Below, in pieces: positions 6,618 through 16,243 of a stretch of 64,000 bases of DNA. A model generated the notes under the pieces. The model made no database searches. It had not been told where the DNA came from and saw only the letters and a program-made list of their open reading frames with translations. The translations under genes and the position numbers were made by a program. This DNA comes from a bacterium (Candidatus Blackallbacteria) CG13_big_fil_rev_8_21_14_2_50_49_14 (lineage in GTDB: Bacteria > Cyanobacteriota > Sericytochromatia > UBA7694). How positions within the stretch are numbered: position 1 is the stretch's first letter; each line of letters begins with the position of its first letter. Location of the stretch: assembly GCA_002783405.1 (NCBI GenBank), contig PFGG01000011.1:5434-69433 (forward strand), in the 5' to 3' direction.

Positions 6618-9551
6618 ATGAGCAGCCCTGCAGGTCTGAATGGACCAACCCCCGGCAATTGGCCTTCCTATCCTGTGGCCAAAGGCACGGGGCCCTTAAG
6701 CACGCCCCAAACAGGCCCGCTTCCCCCACTGCTGCCTGAAACGCCAATTCCCTTCCAACCTGCGCCCCTGCTTCAAAATTATCTAGCCACAGCCATGTCT
6801 CCCCAATCCGTCCAATTCAATACAGCAAGCCCCGCCCAAGTTTTAAAAACCTTCAAAGATGCCCGTTCCTTGATCCGCCAAAGCAATGCCAATCAAACCG
6901 AGCAACTCATCCCTGTACCTGCGGCCTGGAAACCCAGACTGGAGAGTCTGGCAAAAGATCTGGGTTTTAAAAATTTTGAAAGTTTACAATACCAACTGCG
7001 AAATTTACCCTCCGCGCAAGTGGATCAGTGGTTGGCCCAAGTTGAAAGCAAAATAAACAGCCTGCCGGGCACAGAAACCGGGACTTCTCAAATTACGATT
7101 TTTGCAAAACAGGCCCTGACAGCCCAGGCAGACACCGCCCTGAAAGATCTGTTTCAAAACGCACAGGTTCCGCCCCCAGTCTTTGAGAGCCGTCAGGGCA
7201 AAACCTGGAGCCCTCAGGCCAAACTTGCAGTTTTGAATGCGTTTTCTGAAATTCGCCAGAACCAACCCCTTGAGACCTTTCGTTTAAGCGCACAGGGCGA
7301 AGGCAAACCAGGCCAGCCCCGTCCCCCGATTACGTTTGTCAGGGCCGAACGCTTGGATCTCAATGCCATGGCAGGCAAAGATGGCTATCTCAGCGCCATG
7401 GAAATGCTGAGTGGCAGCATGAAAGTGGCTTACCATGAAGGTTGTGAGGGCAAAATCGTATTAAACGATGGCGCTGTTCATGCCAACCCGCGCGAACTTT
7501 TGCAAGCCGCCCAGATTCAAGACTTTTTAAAATTGGTCAACAGCCCGGTAGAGAGCCCTGAAAAACAAAGAGCTGTGCGCTCGGTTCAGGAAATGTTGAA
7601 TTGCGCGCGTTCTCCCAAACGTCAACTCAACCCCAGCGGCAAAATGGACACGGCAACCCAGCAGGCCCTAGAGGCTTTTGACCTGCAACAAAATATCACA
7701 GCCGCCCGTGATTTGATCGAAGACGATACCACACTGGGTGTACCGCAAAAACGTCGGCTTTTACAACGTCTGGTGGAATTACAAGGCCGGCTGGATTTAG
7801 GGCAATCCCCCCTGATGCTTAAAGCAGAACTGGGACATACCCTGAGAGGCTTTCAATCGGTGAGTGACTTACAAAGCAATACCCGTGAACGGCTCGAAAA
7901 CCAGATCGAAAACCTGGATCGTCCTTTATCGAATAAATTTGACCAAAATACAGCAGAAAAACTGATCAGCAATTGGTATGGCATTATCGATGGGGGAGAT
8001 TCACGCGACTTTACAGAGCAGGTCATTGTGCATGAATTGGGACACGGTCTTCAGGATCTGCCTGAGGTCTTGGAAAATTGGCGCAGAATCAGTTGGGACG
8101 GAAAATCCAGTGGCGGTGAAAATCGCAACAATGTCATGGAAAAAACCCTGAAGGGCATTGGCCAGCAAGGGTTTGTTTCAGATTACGCCCGGGTCAATGA
8201 TGAAGAAGATTTTGCGGAATCCTACCGTGTCTTTACCTATCAACCAGAACGTTTACTCAAAGAATCGCTGCTCAAATTTATGTTTATGGCCTCAGTCACC
8301 CAAGCCTATGATGGCAAAGAACAACAAATGCTCGATCTGATCAAAAAAACAGGTTATAAAGACGCTCAAATCCGGGATGCGATGCTGCAACTGCGTGGCC
8401 ATTTACCCAGTGAAACACGCCAATATGTCAAAGGGGTGGTCGACAAAACCACGACTTTTTCCAAAATAGTTTCTCCGCTCTTGGGACAAGCTGCTGACAT
8501 GCTCTCGGAGCATTATAAACTCAAAGATAAAATCGCAGACTGGTGGGCCGACTTCAGAGGCGTAGACCAAAAGCCCCAATTCACTCCCAGCATGGCCTCT
8601 GCTTTGCCCAAGGTCGATCATCTGCTGAATATTGACGGAAAAAATTACGCCAGCTCGCCCAGTGAAACAGGTTATGTTCTCGACCAAATGACCCGTTACC
8701 AGGCTGTTTTGCTCAAACCCGACAGTACGCCTGCAGAACGGGCTTTGGCAAGACAAAAAATTGAAGCGTTTAAACAGACTGGCTTAAATGCATGGCCAGA
8801 AGCGGATCGCAGCAGCTTCTCACCAGAGGCTTTAAAAACCTTGAACGGAGAAAAAAGCCAGGAGAACAAAGCGATTGTGCTGGCCCTGAGCAAAATTTTA
8901 GGCAAAAGCTATGCCAAAGCGGATTGGGCCTCATTGCCTGACAGAAACAAAAACCAGGATCCCAACCAGGAACTTCAGGATGAGATGCGTTCCCTGCGTC
9001 AAGTCAATAGTTTAAATGCCTTCTTCGAAGAGGTGCGCAAAAACCCTAATATTTTACGGCGGGAGCTTGGAAATGAACTCTATCAAGCCCTGCCTGACAG
9101 TTTCAAGGCCATGCTGATGGAACCTGAATTTGTTGAGAATATCACAGGTAAACGTGGCGAAACCTCTGTCAACGCCACCAATATTTTTGACTATACCTTC
9201 TCCGAAATCGACAGACGAGCAGAACAGAGTGGCTGGGATTTTCTTTCAAATCAATTCAAAACCATCGTGCAGTTTGTCAATCGGGATCGTATTTCACAGG
9301 CTTACCAACTCTACGCCATGCAGATCGAAAAACACAATGCGGGCACGTCCCACAAAGCTCCTCTGCTTTCAGAAACAGAATTTGAAGCTGCGATTTCCCG
9401 TTTTCGCGAAAAGCAAACCCAACCCACAGCCCCATCGGCGCTCAAAGCCTTGGATACTGAACGCAGCCTGGCCAATGAAAACACCCTGCCCCAGGAACTG
9501 CTGATGCAGGAGCTGAAAATCCGTTCTCAAGACGAGGAGCAAATAAGCTAA
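6618..9551 (+). CDS. Large hypothetical protein (977 aa) with a Pro-rich N-terminus and a single HExxH zinc-metallopeptidase-like motif
   Basis: 'VIVHELGHGLQD' followed by an acidic 'DEEDFAESYRVF' region. No signal peptide. The N-terminal 60 aa are PxxP-rich. Confidence 0.4.
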   Translation: MSSPAGLNGPTPGNWPSYPVAKGTGPLSTPQTGPLPPLLPETPIPFQPAPLLQNYLATAMSPQSVQFNTASPAQVLKTFKDARSLIRQSNANQTEQLIPVPAAWKPRLESLAKDLGFKNFESLQYQLRNLPSAQVDQWLAQVESKINSLPGTETGTSQITIFAKQALTAQADTALKDLFQNAQVPPPVFESRQGKTWSPQAKLAVLNAFSEIRQNQPLETFRLSAQGEGKPGQPRPPITFVRAERLDLNAMAGKDGYLSAMEMLSGSMKVAYHEGCEGKIVLNDGAVHANPRELLQAAQIQDFLKLVNSPVESPEKQRAVRSVQEMLNCARSPKRQLNPSGKMDTATQQALEAFDLQQNITAARDLIEDDTTLGVPQKRRLLQRLVELQGRLDLGQSPLMLKAELGHTLRGFQSVSDLQSNTRERLENQIENLDRPLSNKFDQNTAEKLISNWYGIIDGGDSRDFTEQVIVHELGHGLQDLPEVLENWRRISWDGKSSGGENRNNVMEKTLKGIGQQGFVSDYARVNDEEDFAESYRVFTYQPERLLKESLLKFMFMASVTQAYDGKEQQMLDLIKKTGYKDAQIRDAMLQLRGHLPSETRQYVKGVVDKTTTFSKIVSPLLGQAADMLSEHYKLKDKIADWWADFRGVDQKPQFTPSMASALPKVDHLLNIDGKNYASSPSETGYVLDQMTRYQAVLLKPDSTPAERALARQKIEAFKQTGLNAWPEADRSSFSPEALKTLNGEKSQENKAIVLALSKILGKSYAKADWASLPDRNKNQDPNQELQDEMRSLRQVNSLNAFFEEVRKNPNILRRELGNELYQALPDSFKAMLMEPEFVENITGKRGETSVNATNIFDYTFSEIDRRAEQSGWDFLSNQFKTIVQFVNRDRISQAYQLYAMQIEKHNAGTSHKAPLLSETEFEAAISRFREKQTQPTAPSALKALDTERSLANENTLPQELLMQELKIRSQDEEQIS

Positions 9552-9684
9552 AAACAAAATCTCATCGGGCTTCTCCCCAGCTATCGATCGTTAATTTTAG
9601 GTTAATTTTTACTATGCCCCCCATTTTTTGCGGTGTTTTGTGGAATAAATAAGATCAGATGATAACTTGAAGGAGAATTTAAAT

Positions 9685-10200
9685 ATGCCGAATATTCGCC
9701 CTGGAGCCACAGGCCCCTTACAACAGATAACTCCCACCCAAGCCCCCACCAACACACCCAATCCTCAACAACCCCCAGCAACAAGCACGACCCCTGCCCC
9801 TCCCGCACAAACGCAGGATTCTGCCAACGTCAATAAAATTGCAAATGATAACCTGAAAAATGATGCCTCCGACACCATGCAGGCAGCACAGTTAAGAAGT
9901 TCACTGAGAGAAGTTCTCAACAACAAAGAGCCCAATGATGTTGATGAACTGAAACAGGTCTTAATGGAAAATGCAGAAAACTGCTTTGGCCCTGAAGGGG
10001 GTCAAAAAGTTTTTGAAAAACTGTTTATGGATGAAAACAGTTCTAAAAAATATGAAGGCATGCTCAATGATGCCCTGAATAACTACAAAGAACTTTCAAA
10101 AGATCCAGCCAAAGCTGAAGGCGCACTCAAGAATATGGCTGAGTTCCTGGCCAAGGGCGCCAAAGGAATCAAAAACGGGGAAGACGATCCCGGCTGCTGA
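9685..10200 (+). CDS. Small Pro/Gln/Thr-rich protein (171 aa), candidate substrate of the downstream radical SAM enzyme
   Basis: AGGAGA RBS 8 nt upstream of the ATG at 9685 (the track ORF starts at 9667). Low-complexity N-terminus. Two Cys only ('NCFGPEGG', C-terminal 'GEDDPGC'). Its stop is 3 nt from the next start. Confidence 0.55.
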   Translation: MPNIRPGATGPLQQITPTQAPTNTPNPQQPPATSTTPAPPAQTQDSANVNKIANDNLKNDASDTMQAAQLRSSLREVLNNKEPNDVDELKQVLMENAENCFGPEGGQKVFEKLFMDENSSKKYEGMLNDALNNYKELSKDPAKAEGALKNMAEFLAKGAKGIKNGEDDPGC

Positions 10201-10203
10201 TTT

Positions 10204-11286
10204 ATGCCTACCAGTCTGACAGCGCAGGCTGCACCGTCTCAAGAGACTCAGAATCGTAAAAAAAATTTTGTGATTCAGTACGAGGTCAATGATGCGTGTA
10301 ACCTGCGCTGTAGTCATTGTTATCATGGTTTGAAAGTTATCAAAGAAGGCGCAATCGGTTTAGAGCGCCTGTTTGAGGATCTTGAAGCTTTGCATGCCCA
10401 TTTAGGAGAAGATTATCAAATTCTGATCCGACTTTCGGGGGGCGAGGTTTTTTTGCGCAAAGATCTGCAATCCATGTTGACCCGGATTTTAATGCAGGGC
10501 TATGCCACCGTCATGCTAACCAATGGCACGCTAATTACCCCAGAAAATGCCCAAGAGGTCTCGGTTCGCAATGTTCAACTGGTGCAAATCAGCCTCGATG
10601 GCCCCAATGCCGAAATACATGACACCATTCGGGGCAAAGGCATGTTTGCAAAAGCTTGGCAAGGCATTCGCCGCATGCAGGCAGAAGGACAACCCGTTTC
10701 AGTCAGTTATACCTTGATGCAGGGACACAATGATCGCAAAGAAAACTTCGAAGAATTCTTTGCCTTGGCTCAAAAAGAGAATTTGGCGAAGGTTAATTTC
10801 TCTCGAATTTTCCCCCAAGGTGATGCCCACCACCTGCCTGAATATGCCTATTCAGAAGGTATGGCATTTAAAACAGTGCTCGAAAACTTACTCGATGCAG
10901 CTCAACAATTTCCCCACGTGAAGATTGTGATCAAAGACCCCCTGATCAACAATCTGGAGCGGTCTTTTCCTGAAAATGTCAAAACAGATGTCTGTTGCTA
11001 TATCCGCAGAGACTACCTCGCAGTAACAGCCAATGGCGATGTTTTTGCCTGCCGAAAACTCTCAAAGCCGATTGGCAGTTTGTTGGACGATCAGCTTTTG
11101 AACATCTGGCAAAACAATTCTCTGCTTCAACAAATGGATCAACGCAGACAGTATATGTCTGGTAAATGCAAAACCTGCCCCATCAATGATCAATGCAAGG
11201 GAGGCTGTCTGGCAGCTTCCTATGGTCAAACCGGACAGCTCTTTGTGCCCGATCCGGCTTGTTGGCGTGAAGAAGTTCCAGTATAA
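10204..11286 (+). CDS. Radical SAM enzyme with C-terminal SPASM domain (peptide/protein-modifying maturase family)
   Basis: 'CNLRCSHCYH' CxxxCxxC motif at the N-terminus. C-terminal Cys-rich 'CKTCPINDQCKGGCLAAS' is typical of SPASM auxiliary clusters. Confidence 0.8.
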   Translation: MPTSLTAQAAPSQETQNRKKNFVIQYEVNDACNLRCSHCYHGLKVIKEGAIGLERLFEDLEALHAHLGEDYQILIRLSGGEVFLRKDLQSMLTRILMQGYATVMLTNGTLITPENAQEVSVRNVQLVQISLDGPNAEIHDTIRGKGMFAKAWQGIRRMQAEGQPVSVSYTLMQGHNDRKENFEEFFALAQKENLAKVNFSRIFPQGDAHHLPEYAYSEGMAFKTVLENLLDAAQQFPHVKIVIKDPLINNLERSFPENVKTDVCCYIRRDYLAVTANGDVFACRKLSKPIGSLLDDQLLNIWQNNSLLQQMDQRRQYMSGKCKTCPINDQCKGGCLAASYGQTGQLFVPDPACWREEVPV

Positions 11287-11321
11287 TCCCCCTTAAATTG
11301 ATAAGGAAACACTGACTGGAA

Positions 11322-12332
11322 ATGAAAACACTCTCAGCAGCTGTCATTGGAGGCGGTTCTTGGGGTACCGCCATTGCCTACCTGCTTAGTCAGGGGGGGT
11401 GTGATGTCACTTTTTGGATGCGCAATGCGGATACTGCCGCAGAAATCAATCAAACCCGTTTAAACAGCCGCTACAGCGGAGATATGGTTTTGGCTGAAAA
11501 TATCCGCGCCACCACAGATCTTGAAGAAGCCGTCAGAACAAACCCATTGATTTTTTTAGTGGTGACCTCTGCCAGTGCCCGTCAGGTACTGCATGATATT
11601 GGCCCCTTCTTAAATGGCAGCCATGTTTTGGTGCACTGTATCAAGGGTTTTGAACACTCTACCTATAAACGTATCTCGACCATTATTCGCGAAGAAACCT
11701 GTTGTCGAAAAATGGGGGTTTTATCAGGCCCTAACCTGGCCAAGGAAATCCTCCAGAACCACCCCGGTGCAACCGTCATCGCCTCCCCCTATGAAGAGGT
11801 TGTGCGCCGGGTTCAAGAGGTCATGATCACCTCCCGCTTTCGGGTCTATGGCCATCGCGATGTGACAGGGGTTGAAATTGCCGGAGCGCTGAAAAACATC
11901 ATTGCCCTGGCCTCTGGCATGAGCAACGGTCTGGGTTTTCAGCACAATACCCAATCTCTGTTGCTGACACGCGGCTTGGTCGAAATCACACGCTTTGGCC
12001 TTGAAATGGGCTCCCAGGCCTCAACCTTTAGAGGCCTGGCTGGCATGGGCGATTTAATTGCCACCTGCTCAAGTCAACTCAGTCGGAATTATCAGGTGGG
12101 TTATCACCTCGCCAAAGGGGAAGGGCTCAGCAAGGTGCTCAGTGATTTGGGCTATGTCGCAGAAGGGGTTCCTACCACGCGCAGCGTGTATTATATGAGC
12201 CGTGACAAGGGGATCTCGATGCCGATTACCGAAGCCATTTTTCATATTCTGGAAGGACATCTTTCCCCCCGTAAGGCTATTGAAACCCTGATGACAAAAG
12301 AATATAAATACGAAGAAGAATTTCCAGGATAA
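11322..12332 (+). CDS. gpsA: NAD(P)H-dependent glycerol-3-phosphate dehydrogenase
   Basis: 'AVIGGGSWGTAIA' Rossmann motif, 'LSGPNLAKE', overall GpsA length and layout. Confidence 0.9.
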   Translation: MKTLSAAVIGGGSWGTAIAYLLSQGGCDVTFWMRNADTAAEINQTRLNSRYSGDMVLAENIRATTDLEEAVRTNPLIFLVVTSASARQVLHDIGPFLNGSHVLVHCIKGFEHSTYKRISTIIREETCCRKMGVLSGPNLAKEILQNHPGATVIASPYEEVVRRVQEVMITSRFRVYGHRDVTGVEIAGALKNIIALASGMSNGLGFQHNTQSLLLTRGLVEITRFGLEMGSQASTFRGLAGMGDLIATCSSQLSRNYQVGYHLAKGEGLSKVLSDLGYVAEGVPTTRSVYYMSRDKGISMPITEAIFHILEGHLSPRKAIETLMTKEYKYEEEFPG

Positions 12333-12401
12333 GGGAACCTTTTCTCAATCTAACCGGTCTATAGCCCTAAATATTAAAGTGAACTTGAAACGAGATTTGC
12401 G

Positions 12402-13478
12402 ATGAAAAAAACCATCACACCCATTCTGCCACTGGCAAGCGCTCTCTTGATTGCCCTTACTCAATTTTCTGCGAAGGCCCAAGCCCTTACAGCTTTTGAG
12501 ATCGCCGAACGTTCCCTCACCCAGTCAGAAACGGTGGGCTTTGAAGGTCAGAAACAGCTCTCGGTCTCACGTTTAAACAGTGGGCCGCAAACCGCAACCG
12601 CCAATATCCGCTATGTCAACCGCAGGAACTACTCGATCGAAATTACCAGCCCCAGTTCGATTGGCGGCATTTTGTTTCATATGAGCAACGGTATTAACAG
12701 CGCATTTTTTCCAGATGAAAAACTCTTTTTGTTTGAGGGGGGCAAAGACACCTCAGATATGCCCGAAAGTATCATTCTGGGTCAAATCACAGACAATCTC
12801 AATCTCTTAAAACAAAATTACAATGCAACCCCTGTAACAGAAGAGCAAGTCTTTATTGCAATGAATCCCGCCTGGGTACTTGATTTCATACCCAAAAATG
12901 GCTTTACTCCCCGGCGCAAATACTGGGTAGACAAAGACACCTATCAAGTTCTTAAAGAAGAGCGCTATTGGGGCAGCGATCAAGCGCCCTATTCCAGTGC
13001 CATGTATACCACCTTTAAAAAGCAGGAAAAACCGGTTTCCATTTCAAAACTCAATCCCCCAGACGGCGTTACCAAGGTAAATCTCAGCGGCAAGGAAAAA
13101 AATGCCTTCTTAAGTTACAGTTCAATTGCCGCAGCTGAGAAACAGGAAAAAATTAAAATTGCCTATCCTGGCTATTTGCCTCAAGGCTTTGAGCTTAAAT
13201 ATATTCAGGTATTCACACTTTTCGGCGCACGGATTCAGGTCATGAACTTCACCGATGGACTGAATGATTTGCTCGTAACCGTACGCCCCCAACAAAATGC
13301 GTTTGTCACCCTGCTGGCAGGGGCTTTCAGTTTAAACCTGATTAAAAAAATCTCAGATTTAAGCTACCAGGCACCCAATAATTATTTTTCTCGGGGAGCT
13401 GGTAAAAATATTTGCGTGGCCTTTGGCGACCTTTCGCCTTCCGAGTTGGAAAAGGTAGCGAACTCTCTTCCACTTTAA
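12402..13478 (+). CDS. Secreted hypothetical protein (signal peptide, possibly LolA-like or outer-membrane associated)
   Basis: N-terminal 'MKKTITPILPLASALLIALTQFSAKAQA' signal peptide. No catalytic motif recognised. Confidence 0.5.
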   Translation: MKKTITPILPLASALLIALTQFSAKAQALTAFEIAERSLTQSETVGFEGQKQLSVSRLNSGPQTATANIRYVNRRNYSIEITSPSSIGGILFHMSNGINSAFFPDEKLFLFEGGKDTSDMPESIILGQITDNLNLLKQNYNATPVTEEQVFIAMNPAWVLDFIPKNGFTPRRKYWVDKDTYQVLKEERYWGSDQAPYSSAMYTTFKKQEKPVSISKLNPPDGVTKVNLSGKEKNAFLSYSSIAAAEKQEKIKIAYPGYLPQGFELKYIQVFTLFGARIQVMNFTDGLNDLLVTVRPQQNAFVTLLAGAFSLNLIKKISDLSYQAPNNYFSRGAGKNICVAFGDLSPSELEKVANSLPL

Positions 13479-13614
13479 ATCTGGCCATAATTTGGATTGG
13501 TTTCTGAGTGAGCCTTATGCTAGAATAGGTGTGTGGCCTAACTGAACTGAACATTTGGAACTTACTGGATCCACGTTCAATCGAATCTTGAATTTGAAAA
13601 GATAGAGAGTACCA

Positions 13615-14034
13615 ATGAGCCAATTTCAATTGCATGAAAATCCCGCTGAAGTCAATCCTGATCAAGTCATTGATCTTTATCACCTGATTGGCGGAGGCAG
13701 ACCAGGTCTTGAACCTGAAAAAATTCGTCTGGCATTTTCCAATTCAACCTATGTTGCCATTGCAACCCTTCCCTCCGGCGAATTAATTGGCTGGATTCGG
13801 GCTCTCAGTGATCAGGTTTCTACCACCTGGATTCCTGAAATGGTTGTTCACCCTGAATTTCAAACCTTGGGTGTCGATGGCCTGCTCTTGGACGCGACCA
13901 TTGCCCAATTCAAATCCAGCATGATCTATTTTCAGGCTTCCTATACAGAATTTTCAGAAAGAATCAAATTCTTTGAAGATCGCGGCATCAAGCCCATGCC
14001 CAATATGATTGTCTGTGGACGCATCGGCCATTAG
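13615..14034 (+). CDS. GNAT-family N-acetyltransferase (probable)
   Basis: Size and 'IGWIRAL...VVHPEFQTLGVDGLLL' resemble the GNAT acetyl-CoA-binding core. Confidence 0.45.
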   Translation: MSQFQLHENPAEVNPDQVIDLYHLIGGGRPGLEPEKIRLAFSNSTYVAIATLPSGELIGWIRALSDQVSTTWIPEMVVHPEFQTLGVDGLLLDATIAQFKSSMIYFQASYTEFSERIKFFEDRGIKPMPNMIVCGRIGH

Positions 14035-14047
14035 GGCCCATGATTTA

Positions 14048-14767
14048 TTAAAGCGAATACCCCCCTTCACTTGCTTCGTTCAAACGAAACCAAAGTGCAA
14101 GGGGGGTATGATCTGAACTGCGGATATCATGCAGAAGATGTGCCTCACGAATTTTAAGGCCCCGTGAAAAAATATAATCCAAGGTCAAAAATCTGCGCGT
14201 TTCATTCGCAAACTCTACGTTTTCCATGCCTTGACGCTTCATACAAGCAAACAGTGCTTCTCTTCTGCCGATACTCCAGGTATTAAAATCTCCAGCAAAC
14301 AGAACAGGTCCCTTGTGGGCATGAAGAATTTCTGCGATTTGAAACAACTGCCGTTCAAAAGCTTTTAAACTTCTGAAATTGACGAAATGGGCATTGATGA
14401 TCAAAAATTGCTCAAGGCTGTCGGCGATATCATAAAATGAAAACGCTGCACTTTTGGGTGTATTGAGCAAAGGCTCACGTACAGGGCCATGCCGGTTAAA
14501 GGCATGGCGGGTGTGCACCCGGCTCCCGGTTAAAACCCCACAGGAACTGCCACAGCGATCAAGCGCAAAACTTTCACCAAAAACCCAGCTATAATCCAGA
14601 TCAAAGGCATCCAGTGCCTGGGTTTGAAAATTTATTTTGGCTTCCTGCAAAAGCAGCACATCATAGATAGCGTGCAAGCGCTGAAAGTCTTCAAACCAAT
14701 TTTTTTTCTTGCTTTTAAAGACATTCCAGCTCAAGACACCATAATCTTGCCCACTTTCAAACAGCAC
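14048..14767 (-). CDS. Endonuclease/exonuclease/phosphatase (EEP) family protein
   Basis: 'LLLQEA' N-terminal motif, 'GDFN' and C-terminal 'SDHTPL' are characteristic of the EEP fold. Confidence 0.7.
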   Translation of the reverse strand: MLFESGQDYGVLSWNVFKSKKKNWFEDFQRLHAIYDVLLLQEAKINFQTQALDAFDLDYSWVFGESFALDRCGSSCGVLTGSRVHTRHAFNRHGPVREPLLNTPKSAAFSFYDIADSLEQFLIINAHFVNFRSLKAFERQLFQIAEILHAHKGPVLFAGDFNTWSIGRREALFACMKRQGMENVEFANETRRFLTLDYIFSRGLKIREAHLLHDIRSSDHTPLALWFRLNEASEGGYSL

Positions 14768-14845
14768 ACGGGAACTGCTGCCAAAATGACGCAGACTTTT
14801 TTCTTCGTGAGGAACAAAACGAGCCAGAGGAAAATCCCTCCTGGG

Positions 14846-15439
14846 TTAGTTTTCTACCTGAAACTTTTGATAAACAACGGGCTTGAGAATCCCAATGCAG
14901 GGCAAATTCCGAAATTTTTGAACATAGTCAAGGCCATAACCCACGACGAAATGGTCCTCAATTTCAAAGCCGATATACCCCACCTGCTCAACCTCAAGTA
15001 AACGACGGGCCTGCTTATTCAGCAGCGTGCACACTTTAATACTGGCAGGATTCCGCTGTTTGAGCATTTTCAATAGATAGTTCAGGGTAAGGCCTGTATC
15101 AATAATGTCTTCGGCAATGATCACGTGGCGGCCTTCGATGGTTTCTTCAAGATCTTTGGTAATCTTCACCACGCCAGAAGATTTGGTTCCTGCGCCATAA
15201 CTTGAGATGCCCATAAAATCTACAGTCAGGTGCAAAGGAATCGCACGCACCAAATCGGCAACAAAGATGCAGGAGCCTTTTAGCAGTCCAATGACGATTG
15301 GCAATTTGCCCTGATAGTCACGTCCAATTTCCTGGCCCAGCTCCTGAACCCGTTGCTGAATCTGTTCTTCTGAAATAAGAACCTCGTCAATATCGCGATA
15401 AATTTCGTTATCTTGGTTCATGGTTGATAGTACTTCCAC
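14846..15439 (-). CDS. hpt: Hypoxanthine-guanine phosphoribosyltransferase
   Basis: 'VIIAEDIIDTGLTL' PRPP-binding motif and Hpt-like length. The real start is probably the internal Met 'MNQDNEIY'. Confidence 0.85.
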   Translation of the reverse strand: MEVLSTMNQDNEIYRDIDEVLISEEQIQQRVQELGQEIGRDYQGKLPIVIGLLKGSCIFVADLVRAIPLHLTVDFMGISSYGAGTKSSGVVKITKDLEETIEGRHVIIAEDIIDTGLTLNYLLKMLKQRNPASIKVCTLLNKQARRLLEVEQVGYIGFEIEDHFVVGYGLDYVQKFRNLPCIGILKPVVYQKFQVEN

Positions 15440-15783
15440 ATAAGATGATGAAAATCCTTGTTCTGAATTAGTCGTATTTTGATATGGGGATACAGTTCTT
15501 TTAACAACCTGATTTTGCGTTTTTTCTTGGCCATCAGGCGGGGCTTACAGGTGGTTACTTCAATAAATTGTTTTGAGGCTGGTAAATAAAAATCAGGTGT
15601 AAAACACTCAACCGGCAAGCCATCGCCGCCCCAACTCAAAGGAAAGGTTCGTGGTTCATAGACCCACTCTACCTCATAAAAATTGAGCAAGCGGGCAAAC
15701 TCTGCCTCACTGGGGTGCGCGAAGGGCTCCCCGGATTCCAACAGGATAGATGGATTTTTGCTGGCGTTTTTCTTTTTTCCCAT
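15418..15783 (-). CDS. Hypothetical protein
   Basis: ORF only. Its end overlaps the hpt start. Confidence 0.3.
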   Translation of the reverse strand: MGKKKNASKNPSILLESGEPFAHPSEAEFARLLNFYEVEWVYEPRTFPLSWGGDGLPVECFTPDFYLPASKQFIEVTTCKPRLMAKKKRKIRLLKELYPHIKIRLIQNKDFHHLMWKYYQP

Positions 15784-16243
15784 GATTCAAAAATATTGAA
15801 ATAAGATTGTTTGCAAGTGCCATCATTATACAGTGCTTCATAGATTTGATGATACTTGTCACAGAAATATAGGGCAAAGAAAGCGTATGAATGATCTTGT
15901 ATAGAAAGGTGCTGTGCTGTACTCACTTTGACACTTGCAATGGAATACGGTATAGTGCGCATGATTGAGTGTGAAGACGTCCCAGACGAAATTATGCTCA
16001 AAGATGGAACCAAAAATTTGTTTGCTTTTAATCTGATTTTAAGGGAACAAATTGGGTGTTCCCAGCGTCTTGTCAAAACTGGTGGTCAGAACAATAGCAC
16101 AATCTGAATTTGGTTAACATTGCAGCTCAAAATGGAGGAAACACGGCCACTCCAGCTTCGGTTTCAAAGGTTTTTCCACGCTCAGATTAAACAAACCACA
16201 AAATTTTGCCAGATTTTTAACTTACTTTGGAGGATTCATTCGA

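Noticed and set aside
15669-16076. 135-aa minus-strand ORF in the 460-bp region upstream of the porin gene
   Set aside because: It has no RBS and an odd composition. It lies in what is more plausibly the porin promoter/5'-UTR region, which contains a GGGAACA-N7-TGTTCCC hairpin. I could not match this to any riboswitch or sRNA, so no call was made.
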